Below are positions 10,492 through 19,834 of a stretch of DNA of 58,076 nt, one piece after another (position 1 is the stretch's first letter; each line of letters starts with the position of its first letter). The notes beneath the pieces were generated by a model. It made no database searches, was not told where the DNA came from, and worked only from the letters and a program-made list of their open reading frames with translations. The translations under genes were made by a program, and so were the position numbers. Source of the stretch: Candidatus Berkelbacteria bacterium (GTDB lineage: Bacteria > Patescibacteriota > UBA1384 > XYA2-FULL-43-10 > CAINNR01). The stretch covers positions 1 to 58,076 of the forward strand of contig JAPLVG010000014.1 in assembly GCA_026397235.1 (NCBI GenBank). The letters run 5' to 3'.

Positions 10492-10557
10492 TGTCATTCC
10501 CGACTTGATCGGGAATCCGCAAATAGTTTAGTAGATTCCCGCCTTCGCGGGAATGAC
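10492..10557. repeat. TGTCAT-footed double-hairpin REP-like element, intergenic copy
   Basis: Near-identical to 9750..9815; half-copies at 26349..26380 and 56118..56149. Confidence 0.9.
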
Positions 10558-10660
10558 GTGCCAGGTTTCTGACAAAAGGCATCCATTGCCTGTTTTTTGT
10601 CAGCAACCTATTTGGTTGGAAATCCTCCGAGGTTTTAGGAGGTAAAAATGATGAAGGAGG

Positions 10661-10771
10661 TTGTGTAAGAAAAAGTGGCATGCGTGTGCCACTTGCGGTG
10701 AGCGTTTTCAGTCGAGCGAAACTTCGCCGCAATGTCCAAAATGTCAGAGCCCGACAGCTTCGGAGGCGTAA
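10661..10771 (+). CDS. Putative 36-aa zinc-ribbon microprotein (start uncertain)
   Basis: CATC-x12-CPKC; TTG start, or one base out of frame with the SD-preceded ATG at 10648. Confidence 0.45.
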   Translation: MCKKKWHACATCGERFQSSETSPQCPKCQSPTASEA

Positions 10772-10893
10772 GCCCTTGAACCGCGCGTTGGCGCGGTCAC
10801 TTTCCGGAAGGGCCAAATCCCATGATACAGGTAGATCACATCGCAGCACTTCCTAGTTCATGGGTAGGGGGCCCAAACTAGGAGACGTTTCAG

Positions 10894-11058
10894 ATGACGT
10901 ACGACGAAGTTCAAAAACTTCCACAGCCAGCCCCGGGTTTCAGGGAGCTGAACGGCAAGGCCGTTAGGGAGTCAATGCTGATTAGCACCGTTGCTGCCGA
11001 TGTTTCGGCGTTTTCGGCTGCAACCCGCGGCGGAGGCATCGAAGACGGACGCAGCTAG
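10894..11058 (+). CDS. Putative 54-aa hypothetical protein
   Basis: AGGAG SD then MTYDEVQKLPQP...DGRS; below the ORF-track cutoff. Confidence 0.35.
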   Translation: MTYDEVQKLPQPAPGFRELNGKAVRESMLISTVAADVSAFSAATRGGGIEDGRS

Positions 11059-11327
11059 CATTCTATGACAACTGCAGAGTTATCGACTGTGACAAAAGCC
11101 AGGCTGGTTTTTACCGGTCTGGATCGCCGTGAAAAACGGCACGAAGCAACTGGCAGAGTCGCGAGAGCCACTCTGCCACGTACTGATTATCGAAAAATAC
11201 CCGGTCGATGCATGCAGTTTGTGCATCGACCCGTTCCCTCTGGATTCAAATTATTAAATACAGAGAAAACGGAATTAATTAGATTGCCGCGTCGCTCAGC
11301 CGCTCCTCGCAATGACAAAAGAACATT

Positions 11328-11861
11328 ATGCACAAAGTAAACCTGTCAAAATTCATGAAAAAGAATATCCCGGATATTAACACCGGCGATACTATTAAAG
11401 TTCATCAAAAAATCAAAGAAGGTGACAAAGAGCGCGTTCAGATTTTTGAAGGTTTGGTCATTGCTACTCATGGTGGGAAAAGCCTGGATGGTTCATTTAC
11501 CGTTCGTAAGGAATCATTTGGTGTTGGCGTTGAGAGAATTTTTCCAATTCATTCTCCACGCGTTGTCAAAGTTGAGCGGATTAAACAATCAAAAGTTCGT
11601 CGAAGCAAACTATATTTTATGCGCGAACTTTCCGGCAAAAATGCTAGGTTGAAAGAGTTAAATCGCGAATATGCAATGTGGGAAGAAAAAGGTGTTGAGG
11701 AAGAATTAGAAAAAATTGCCGAAGAAACCGCCAAGTTAGCTGAAGCTGCTGCTGCGGAAAAAGAAGCCGAGGAAGCCGAGCTAGAGAAAAAAGCTGAGAC
11801 TGCAATCAAAGCTCACAAAAAAGTTGAAGATTCAAAAATAGAGGGCAAAGAGGATAAATAA
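11328..11861 (+). CDS. rplS: 50S ribosomal protein L19 with acidic C-terminal extension
   Basis: GDTIKVH..IKEGDKERVQIFEG, GVGVERIFP, KVRRSKLYF. Confidence 0.97.
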   Translation: MHKVNLSKFMKKNIPDINTGDTIKVHQKIKEGDKERVQIFEGLVIATHGGKSLDGSFTVRKESFGVGVERIFPIHSPRVVKVERIKQSKVRRSKLYFMRELSGKNARLKELNREYAMWEEKGVEEELEKIAEETAKLAEAAAAEKEAEEAELEKKAETAIKAHKKVEDSKIEGKEDK

Positions 11862-12000
11862 AAAGTTAATTATTTTTCGCTTTTAGCTTTACATTTTGCA
11901 CTTGTAATACACCCCAGCGATGGTGGTGTTTTTTGATTGTGATATAATTTATTTGTTTTATTTGATATTATCCCTTTATTTTTGAGAAAAGGAGACGAAG

Positions 12001-12231
12001 ATGTTTAGTGAAACAAATCCTAACAGTGAATCAGAAATCGGAGAATCTCCAGAGGAGATGAAAAAAAGAAGACTCGCAGAGTTGCGCGAAGAAGGTCAAA
12101 ATGGTGGCACTGTTGATCATGACGCTGATCGACAGGTCAGACTTGTTGAGCATAATAAAGAAGTCCAAACTGAATTTCTGAACAATCATCCAGAACTTAT
12201 TAGAAAGCAAAAGCCAACTTCAGAAGAATAA
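12001..12231 (+). CDS. Small acidic hypothetical protein
   Basis: AAGGAG SD; 76-aa ORF in native codon style. Confidence 0.7.
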   Translation: MFSETNPNSESEIGESPEEMKKRRLAELREEGQNGGTVDHDADRQVRLVEHNKEVQTEFLNNHPELIRKQKPTSEE

Positions 12232-12262
12232 AAAACCGACCTGCATGGTGCGAGGCCGGATG

Positions 12263-12847
12263 CTACTTGAGATCAAAGGAGAATCCGACGGTGACGTGCG
12301 GATTGTTGGTAAACAATTTGACTTCAAGATGTTTGCCAACTTTTCTGACTACACCAATGCCAATGTCGTGTTCTCTTGGGTTCCATTGACCTCGTAGTAG
12401 AATCTTTGTTTCGGATCCCGCGGTCAATAGTTCCCATCGTTCTATTTCCACTGATGGAACTAATCCGGCGTGCGCCATCAATGGCTGGTAATAGCGCAAC
12501 GAGTTTCTACTTGTCAGATAGTGAATCTGAAAGTAGATTTCCTGCTCGCCGTGGCGAAACGGCGAAGATGGTTGTTTCTGGATTGCCATTAGCCCAAGTA
12601 AAACTGGTTTATGAAGGCAATCAGTACCACCTCCAATCACCCGCCAACTCATAGCGATTTCATCGAAGCCAGATAGATTGTGGCGGAAACGGAAGTTGGC
12701 TATGGTCATATCAAGCGTCACCGTAGCCAAATTCTGGCTAATTTCAGCATTGATAATGTTCGGCAGTTCCGGCCAGACTTCCTCTTTTTCCTCCGCCCAA
12801 AGGCTGGCGGAAAGAATCATTGCGACAAAAATCATTGCTATTCTCAC
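12263..12847 (-). CDS. Secreted hypothetical protein
   Basis: AGGAGG SD; signal-peptide-like MRIAMIFVAMILSASLWA. Confidence 0.7.
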   Translation of the reverse strand: MRIAMIFVAMILSASLWAEEKEEVWPELPNIINAEISQNLATVTLDMTIANFRFRHNLSGFDEIAMSWRVIGGGTDCLHKPVLLGLMAIQKQPSSPFRHGEQEIYFQIHYLTSRNSLRYYQPLMAHAGLVPSVEIERWELLTAGSETKILLRGQWNPREHDIGIGVVRKVGKHLEVKLFTNNPHVTVGFSFDLK

Positions 12848-12908
12848 ATTGCCACCTCCTAGGGGTGGATATTTTGTCCTGTGGTGATTATAGCATTATA
12901 ATAGGTTT

Positions 12909-13256
12909 ATGGATAAAACAAAGAACAAATCCACCGGAAATTGGGGGGAGGATAGGGCGACAGGGTATCTGGAAAAAATCGGTTATGAAATTATTGAGCG
13001 GAATTTAAAATTATTTTGTGGCGAAATTGATATTTTGGCCCGGGATAAAAAAACTATCGTTGTAGTGGAGGTCAAAACGGTTTGGGGAAGCGGCTGGGGA
13101 ACGGCGATTGAACTTGTCAGGCGGAAAAAGGAGAAAAAACTGCGATTATTGGCGTCAGTAATTACTAAAGATTATCCAAAAGAAAATATTCGGGTTGATG
13201 TCATAGGTATTGATAGCGGGGTTCTAACACATATAAAAAATGCAGTCGGAGGTTGA
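12909..13256 (+). CDS. yraN: YraN-family (UPF0102) nuclease-like protein
   Basis: GNWGE..A..YL..GYEIIERN, GEIDILA, VEVKT. Confidence 0.9.
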   Translation: MDKTKNKSTGNWGEDRATGYLEKIGYEIIERNLKLFCGEIDILARDKKTIVVVEVKTVWGSGWGTAIELVRRKKEKKLRLLASVITKDYPKENIRVDVIGIDSGVLTHIKNAVGG

Positions 13257-13441
13257 CAGGCGAAGAAAAATCAGCTATTTTTATGATTGATTGATCTGGT
13301 GATGAGACCCGGATCCTCAAAGCCAAGTCGATCGCCCCGCGGTTGATTATTGCCGCAGGGCTGCGTACCTGTGCGCCGGAGCCAGTCAAGGTTTCGGCGC
13401 ATTAGCTTTTTATTCGCAAAGTTTTCTGATAAATTAAAGCT

Positions 13442-14794
13442 ATGATTAAAACTCGTTTTGCTCCTAGCCCGACTGGGCAATTGCATATCGGCAGTGCCAG
13501 AACTGCGCTTTTTGCTTTTCTTTTTGCCAAACATAACGAAGGAGAATTTGCGCTCCGAATTGAGGATACCGACCAGGGACGCTCAACTAAAGAATTTGAA
13601 AAAAATATTCTCGAAGGACTTGATTGGTTGGGGATTAACCACGATGGTGAAATTTTGTATCAATCCAGCCGACTTGAGATATATAAATCGGCAGTTGAAA
13701 AGTTGGTTCAGAATGGTTTTGCTGTCGAAAAGGATGGGGCAATAGTTTTACAAGCCAAAGAAGCACTGGAAAAGTTAGGTATTCCTCTTGAACCAATAAA
13801 AACTTTTGTCGGATGGAGAGGTGAAAAAACGAGAGAGAATGGCGTCGCTTATTTTCTTAAAAATATTGGTGATGATTTGATTCATGGCAAAATTTCTGGA
13901 GCGATATCCGACACTGTTCTTTTGCGTTCCGATGGCACGCCAACTTTTCATTTGGCAGTTGTAATTGATGATGAGGAAATGGGAATTACTCATGTTGTGC
14001 GGGGCGATGACCACTTATCAAATACGCCTTTGCATATCATCTTACAAAAATTATTTAACTATAATATTCCAAAATATGCTCATATTCCGATGATTTTGGG
14101 AACCGACCGATCTAAACTTTCCAAGCGCCATGCCGCAACTGCGGTTTCAGATTATAAAAAAATGGGATATTTGCCAGAAGCGCTTGTAAACTTTATGGCG
14201 CTTCTTGGTTGGAATCCGAAAGATGATCGGGAAATATTTTCGCTTGATGATCTTATCCGTGAATTCAAACTGGAAAATGTAAATAAAAGTGGTGCGATTT
14301 TTGATATTGAAAAACTCAACTGGATGAACGGGGGATATATTCAAGTCGAAAGTCCAAAGGCCAAAGTCGAAAGCCTGAAGGATTTTGGTGTTGATGAGCT
14401 ATCAGTTGGTGAATCGGAATTGATCAGCCGCGGTGGATTTAAAACCTTGCAGGAAGCTGCTGATTACATTACTCAGCTACGAAAAACGCCGGAATATGAT
14501 TCGTCATTGTTAATTTTCAAAAAATCAGATAAAGAAAAAACCAATATCGGATTAAAAACTACTAGTGAAAAACTATCCAACGCTGATTGGTCGGAGGAAT
14601 TACTGCAAAAAGCATTGGAATCAGTCGTATCAGAGAAAAATTTAACGAACGGCGATGTATTTTGGCCGGTGCGAGTGGCACTATCAGGCGCGGAAAAATC
14701 GCCTAGCCCAGTAGAATTACTATTGGCATTAGGGAAAGACGAATCAATCAAACGAATTACAAAAGCTATAAATGGACTCGAAAACCAAAACTAA
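13442..14794 (+). CDS. gltX: Glutamate--tRNA ligase
   Basis: RFAPSPTG-LHIG, RIEDTD, THVVRGDDH, KLSKR. Confidence 0.97.
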   Translation: MIKTRFAPSPTGQLHIGSARTALFAFLFAKHNEGEFALRIEDTDQGRSTKEFEKNILEGLDWLGINHDGEILYQSSRLEIYKSAVEKLVQNGFAVEKDGAIVLQAKEALEKLGIPLEPIKTFVGWRGEKTRENGVAYFLKNIGDDLIHGKISGAISDTVLLRSDGTPTFHLAVVIDDEEMGITHVVRGDDHLSNTPLHIILQKLFNYNIPKYAHIPMILGTDRSKLSKRHAATAVSDYKKMGYLPEALVNFMALLGWNPKDDREIFSLDDLIREFKLENVNKSGAIFDIEKLNWMNGGYIQVESPKAKVESLKDFGVDELSVGESELISRGGFKTLQEAADYITQLRKTPEYDSSLLIFKKSDKEKTNIGLKTTSEKLSNADWSEELLQKALESVVSEKNLTNGDVFWPVRVALSGAEKSPSPVELLLALGKDESIKRITKAINGLENQN

Positions 14795-15887
14795 AATAAT
14801 CCAAGTTATTGCTGATTCGGCAATTGGTGGTGGGCCGAGGCATGTTTTGGGACTTCTAAATAATATCGATAAGGCAAAGTTTGACGTACTTCTGATCGCG
14901 CCGCGTGGCTGGTTAACAACAGAAGCGATGAAAATTAAGGATATCAAAGTAAAAATCGTCGAATTTGCCAGTAAATGGGATTTATCATCTTTCACAAAAC
15001 TCAAAAAAGATATCGCTGAATTTCGCAAAAGCGGTGATCCGTTTGCGCCAATAATTATCCATGCTCACGGGCCACGGGCTGGGTCATTTTGTCGGCTAGC
15101 CGTTCGTCATGGCGAGAAGCTTGTGTACACCGAACATATTTGGAGCGCTGATTACCATCTTAAAAATCCTATTAATTCAATTTTGCAAAGAGCTGGCTTG
15201 AAAGCGATTTATCATCGGTCCGATCTAGTAATAGCAGTATCGAAGTCGGTGAAAAGTTTTGCTAATAAGCTTGGAGTTGATGAAAGGAAAATTCGTGTCA
15301 TACCAAACGCAGTTCAGGTAGAGGACACAGAGAGAAAATCATCGCACGATGGGCTTTTGGTTGGAACAATTGGTTCTCTAAACCGACAAAAAGGTCATAT
15401 CTATCTTATAGAAGCGTTCAAGAGAGTCGTTGCTAGCTTGCCAAAATCTCGGTTAGAGATTGTTGGTGATGGGCCAGAGAAAGAAAAACTTCTAGCAAAA
15501 ATTCAGGAACTCGATTTAGAAAAGTACGTTCAGCTCTTGGGTAGAGATGATAAACCCAAAAAATATTTAGATAAGTGGGATTTATTTGTACTGCCATCGT
15601 TGTCGGAAACGTTTGGGCTGGTGATTTTGGAGGCTTTTCAGTCACGAGTACCAGTTGTTGCCACTAGGGTTGGTGGTATACCAGAATTAATTATTGACGA
15701 CAAAACTGGGTACTTGGTCCCGCCAGCTGACTCAGAAAAACTGGCCAAGGCTATTTCCTATCTTTTGGTGGAGAAAAAGAATCGGGAATCATTGGCCAAT
15801 GAAGCCTACGAGCTTTTGAAAAAAGACTATGACTGGAGTAAAATAATAAAGGTGATTGAAGTGGAATATCAGAAACTAACTAGGTAA
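14772..15887 (+). CDS. GT4-family glycosyltransferase
   Basis: IGGG, IHAH, KGH, FVLPSLSETFGLVILEA, VVATRVGGIPE. Confidence 0.92.
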   Translation: MDSKTKTKIIQVIADSAIGGGPRHVLGLLNNIDKAKFDVLLIAPRGWLTTEAMKIKDIKVKIVEFASKWDLSSFTKLKKDIAEFRKSGDPFAPIIIHAHGPRAGSFCRLAVRHGEKLVYTEHIWSADYHLKNPINSILQRAGLKAIYHRSDLVIAVSKSVKSFANKLGVDERKIRVIPNAVQVEDTERKSSHDGLLVGTIGSLNRQKGHIYLIEAFKRVVASLPKSRLEIVGDGPEKEKLLAKIQELDLEKYVQLLGRDDKPKKYLDKWDLFVLPSLSETFGLVILEAFQSRVPVVATRVGGIPELIIDDKTGYLVPPADSEKLAKAISYLLVEKKNRESLANEAYELLKKDYDWSKIIKVIEVEYQKLTR

Positions 15888-15899
15888 ACTAGGGGGAAA

Positions 15900-16658
15900 A
15901 TGTTTTGGCAGAAAGAGAAAAATCAGGACATTTGGGCGGCATACAGTGATGTCATGAAGATTCATTTAATTTCTCGTGTAACCGCTGATAGGGTTTTGGT
16001 ATTAGCGCCACACCCAGATGATGATGTTTTGGGTTGTGGCGGACTTCTGAAGTCTTTATCTGAGAGTGGATCTAATATTAAAATCATTTATTTTACTGAT
16101 GGATCACGTGGAAATCGCGAGGCTAAGTTTTCTGAAAATTTGATTGCGGAGCGGGAAAATGAAGCAATCGAAGCTGGCAAAGTTTTAAAGGTGTTTGAAC
16201 AAAAGTTTCTCCGCCTGCCACACAACGCCTTGAAATCCAGCATTGATTTGGCAGCGATTATTAGAAAAGAAATTGAATTTGATAAGCCGGACTTAATATT
16301 AGCACCGTCACTTGAGGAGCCGCATCCGGATCACTTAGCGGTTCTGGAAGCACTGAACATAAGCCTAAAAAATTATTCAGATGGCTTAAATATTTGGTTG
16401 TACGAAGTTTTTGGCACTGGTAGGTTGAACCGGCTTTTTATTATTGATGATTTTATAGAGACCAAAATTGAGGCGCTAAAGTGTCATAAAAGCCAATACA
16501 AAATCAAAGAATACGATGAGGCAATTTTGTCACTAAATAAATTCCGAGCGCTATCGGCTAATGTGGGAAAGTATGCCGAGGGCTATTATGCAACTGGCCC
16601 ACGCACATATACTAAGTTGTTTGATTTCTATCAACGGCATCACGAAAGCAAAATATGA
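15900..16658 (+). CDS. PIG-L family de-N-acetylase
   Basis: APHPDDD...GCGG, HPDH, HKSQ. Confidence 0.9.
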   Translation: MFWQKEKNQDIWAAYSDVMKIHLISRVTADRVLVLAPHPDDDVLGCGGLLKSLSESGSNIKIIYFTDGSRGNREAKFSENLIAERENEAIEAGKVLKVFEQKFLRLPHNALKSSIDLAAIIRKEIEFDKPDLILAPSLEEPHPDHLAVLEALNISLKNYSDGLNIWLYEVFGTGRLNRLFIIDDFIETKIEALKCHKSQYKIKEYDEAILSLNKFRALSANVGKYAEGYYATGPRTYTKLFDFYQRHHESKI

Positions 16659-17413
16659 GCATAAAGAAGCGATTACTCTCAGCTTTTAGAGCTATGAATT
16701 TTGCTGCTGCGGAAGCTGGCTGGCAGGTTTTTGTCTCTGGCTGTGATTTTAAAGTTGTAGAGGATCTTCCGGAAACTGATATTTTAATTATCTCCCCACA
16801 CCCTGATGACGAGATTTTTGCTTGTTCCGGAGTAATATCTGGAGTAAATAAGAAGCGAAAAATTAAAATTACCTACATTTTCTCTGGAGACAAGCAATCA
16901 CAATCAGAGCGATCTAAAGTCAGAGAAGAAGAGTCAAAAAGTGCGGTGGAGCAGTCTGCAAATCTTGAGCAAATATTTTTTCGTCAGCCAGACAATTCAA
17001 TCATTACTAAGCAAACAATAGCCGATCTTTCAGCAGTTGTCTTGGAAATGAAGCCGGGGATTATTCTGATGCCGAGCTTTTCTTGCCCTAACGACGACCA
17101 CCGTGAGGCAACTCGAGCAGTTGCTGAAGCATTAAAATTGGCAAAGATAAAAGGCTTTGATCTCGGTAAAATTTCCATTTGGCTTTACGGTGTTTGGGGC
17201 CCACTACCATATTTCAATCGGTTACTAAAAGTTAATATGGCGGAAAAGGAGAAATCAATGGAGAAATTTTTTTCGCAGCACAAAGATCGAAATTATATTA
17301 AAGCAATTAAATCACTAGATGATTATTATGGTGAGGTTTACGGCCTGGCCTATCCAGCTGAGGCCTTTTTCGCCGGCCCAGCGGATTTGCTGCTCAAATT
17401 ATATAAAAAGTAA
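16655..17413 (+). CDS. PIG-L family de-N-acetylase, divergent paralog
   Basis: SPHPDDE, R..E, NDDH, FSQ. Confidence 0.8.
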   Translation: MSIKKRLLSAFRAMNFAAAEAGWQVFVSGCDFKVVEDLPETDILIISPHPDDEIFACSGVISGVNKKRKIKITYIFSGDKQSQSERSKVREEESKSAVEQSANLEQIFFRQPDNSIITKQTIADLSAVVLEMKPGIILMPSFSCPNDDHREATRAVAEALKLAKIKGFDLGKISIWLYGVWGPLPYFNRLLKVNMAEKEKSMEKFFSQHKDRNYIKAIKSLDDYYGEVYGLAYPAEAFFAGPADLLLKLYKK

Positions 17414-17461
17414 TTATTTAAAATAACTAACAAAAAAAAGAGCATCACTTGCTCTATTTTT

Positions 17462-17481
17462 TTGGTTCCCGGGCTAGGGGT
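17462..17481. repeat. 20-bp duplication of the tRNA-Gln 3' end (att-like)
   Basis: TTGGTTCCCGGGCTAGGGGT is identical to 17628..17647. Confidence 0.85.
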
Positions 17482-17628
17482 TTCACGCGCCACTCCATGG
17501 CTTTTCAAAACCCACGGTTTTGAATAATTTCCTTCCACGGGAAAACAACTGTTTTCCCGACCCCTTTCGTGTTCGACCACTTGCTATCGACCAATTTAAA
17601 AAAATCAGACAGGCTGATCCTTTTAAAT

Positions 17629-17702
17629 TGGTTCCCGGGCTAGGGGTCGAACCTAGATTAATGGAGCCAGAATCCACCGTACTGCCATTATACTACCCGG
17701 GA
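17629..17702 (-). tRNA. tRNA-Gln(CTG)
   Basis: Cloverleaf TCCCGGG/CCCGGGA; anticodon arm GTGGA-TTCTGGC-TCCAT; TTCGA loop; encoded CCA. Confidence 0.95.
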
Positions 17703-17799
17703 ATAATTGAAATGGTAGCCTGAATGCACTTGGTATCGAACAACTTTTAGCCTGGCTGAATCAGCTGGTGGTCGCATATTCAAAAAAGGAAGATGAAAG

Positions 17800-18015
17800 T
17801 TAAAGGATGGTTTTGGACTTTATGCCTAAGGCCTTTTTAATACCTTGAATTTTCTCAAGCGTTGGGTTTTCTTCTCCACGTTCAATTCTAGCGTAATAGT
17901 TAACACTAACGCCAGCTTTCTCGGCAACATCTGCTTGCGTAAGCTTGGCAGCTTCGCGCCTTTGCTTCAACTCACTGCCGAATTGTTTTTGAATATTTTC
18001 TGGTGTCGTATCCAT
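17800..18015 (-). CDS. XRE-family HTH regulator
   Basis: LTQADVAEKAGVSVNYYARIERGEENPTL; start taken at ATG 18015. Confidence 0.92.
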   Translation of the reverse strand: MDTTPENIQKQFGSELKQRREAAKLTQADVAEKAGVSVNYYARIERGEENPTLEKIQGIKKALGIKSKTIL

Positions 18016-18066
18016 ATAGGGATAATATATCACATTTCATTCCAAAAGCAATCATGGTCTCTAGAC

Positions 18067-18173
<107 letters not shown>

Positions 18174-18175
18174 AA

Positions 18176-18523
18176 ATGGGAGTTGAGCAAGGCGGACCAA
18201 GCGAAGAAGATTTGAGAGTTAGAATAGAAGCAGGAGAGCCGGAGGGAAGAACGGACGATGTTGATTTGGCACACGATCGGGCATTAAAATCAGACCCGTA
18301 TAGAACAGATGCAAAACATTTGCGAGCGCAAGAACAAGCGTTTGTTGATGCGAAAGTGACGGATGACGCCGAAGGTCAGATTTTTAGGGAAAGTACTGCA
18401 AGATTTAACCAAGGTGAAATGCGAAAAGCTCGTGTAGTTGGGGATAAAGCTCTTCGTGCCGAAACTGCAGCAGATATGATTGAAAATGGTGCGCTAGATG
18501 AAAAACCAGCCGAAAAAGAATAG
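18176..18523 (+). CDS. Acidic hypothetical cargo protein
   Basis: GGAGG SD; 115 aa; N-terminus resembles 19835..20077. Confidence 0.8.
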   Translation: MGVEQGGPSEEDLRVRIEAGEPEGRTDDVDLAHDRALKSDPYRTDAKHLRAQEQAFVDAKVTDDAEGQIFRESTARFNQGEMRKARVVGDKALRAETAADMIENGALDEKPAEKE

Positions 18524-18604
18524 TAGTATAAATATACTATAGCTAAAACATTTTTATAGAAAAGTCGTCTCGAGAAGAGGCCGATTTTTCTACCTAGAAT
18601 GATT

Positions 18605-18631
18605 AAAGGCCGCGCAACTGCGCGGCCTTTT
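18605..18631. terminator. Bidirectional intrinsic terminator
   Basis: AAAGGCCGCGCA-AC-TGCGCGGCCTTTT between convergent genes. Confidence 0.7.
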
Positions 18632-18655
18632 TGTGGTATTACTTCACTGGCTTAG

Positions 18656-19069
18656 CTATTCCAGCTGGTTGAGGTCGAAGCCGACAGCCTTGAGTGCTGC
18701 GGTCAGTGTCGTGTGTGTCGTGTCGTCGCCCGAGACTCGGTAGACGTTGAACTTCCTCGGTGTACAGGCATGACCAGGAGAATTGTAGCGGCTGATGACA
18801 CGGTTGTCGCCACCATTCATCCGGATGCTGCGCTCCTTGTAATAGCTGAATTCCTTCACCATCATCTTGGCGTCGGCAATGATCCGCTCGTCGGTCATCT
18901 CATCGCCATTGGTGTAGCCGATCGCGCCGGCGTCACGCAACTTCGTCATGGACTCGATGATCTGCTCTTCCGTTTGCGTATGCGGAATCACTGCAGGATT
19001 ACCATCGTCGTCCATCGAGACGGACTGGGCGAATCGTGGGCAAAGCGAACTCATGCGCGGACTTTTCAT
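18656..19069 (-). CDS. GC-rich hypothetical protein
   Basis: AAAGGA SD; 137 aa; terminator downstream. Confidence 0.7.
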   Translation of the reverse strand: MKSPRMSSLCPRFAQSVSMDDDGNPAVIPHTQTEEQIIESMTKLRDAGAIGYTNGDEMTDERIIADAKMMVKEFSYYKERSIRMNGGDNRVISRYNSPGHACTPRKFNVYRVSGDDTTHTTLTAALKAVGFDLNQLE

Positions 19070-19259
19070 GCTGAACGTTCCTTTCAGAGAGGTACAGCTT
19101 TTATATCACAAATGCTATAAGTTGTCCATCATATTCCGATGTTAACTGCAAGATTACTAGAGTACAGAGCCCTGAGATTTCGGCCACTTCGAGGGCTTTT
19201 TTTATTGGCTATTCCCATAGAATATACTAACGCAAAGAAAATCCCTCGTGACATTTTTT

Positions 19260-19359
19260 GGGGCACTTGACTACTACTACTACTACTACTACTATGAGAT
19301 TAGAAACTAAAATAATTAACTAATATCTTGGCTTTAGTTCAAGATAAAATTTGGAGGTA
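19260..19359 (+). promoter_or_regulatory. Duplicated promoter/leader, copy 2, with (CTA)8
   Basis: TTGACT(19267)-N17-TACTAT(19290); otherwise near-identical to copy 1. Confidence 0.8.
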
Positions 19360-19361
19360 TT

Positions 19362-19781
19362 ATGCCTAATGGGCCAGAAGGTTATCAACCAAGCGAGGAT
19401 GAGATTAAATCAGCAGAAGAACACATGACGGAAAGAGAATCAATCGTGAGTGAAGCCAGAGAAGAGGCTCACAATGTTGTCGAGCACTTTCGGGACGAGG
19501 ATCGTAAAAATTATACAATTACTTGGTCAGATGCGAATTTTGCGAATATGAGAAAGTCTGATCCAGAGGGAGCTCAACAGCTTAAGGACTCGGTAGAACA
19601 AAGAGCACGAAGAATGATTAAGGAGAGTGGAATTAGCCCAAGAACAGTTGAAATTAGGTCAAAGTTCATAAAAGGAGAGGACTTCTCTAATAGTTTTGGC
19701 GGCCGGACGTCTGACCGTAACGAACGCAGTCTCCATGTTGTGGATGAACATGGTGAGGCTCACATGCTTGGCAAGCTTTAA
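19362..19781 (+). CDS. Acidic hypothetical cargo protein
   Basis: GGAGG SD; 139 aa. Confidence 0.8.
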   Translation: MPNGPEGYQPSEDEIKSAEEHMTERESIVSEAREEAHNVVEHFRDEDRKNYTITWSDANFANMRKSDPEGAQQLKDSVEQRARRMIKESGISPRTVEIRSKFIKGEDFSNSFGGRTSDRNERSLHVVDEHGEAHMLGKL

Positions 19782-19834
19782 TTCCCTTAATTATTCAGAG
19801 AAAATACAGTACACTATTAAAATTTGGAGGAAAA

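Noticed and set aside
17483..17723. ORFs 17483..17677 and 17520..17723
   Set aside because: They are translations of tRNA-Gln and its att duplicate
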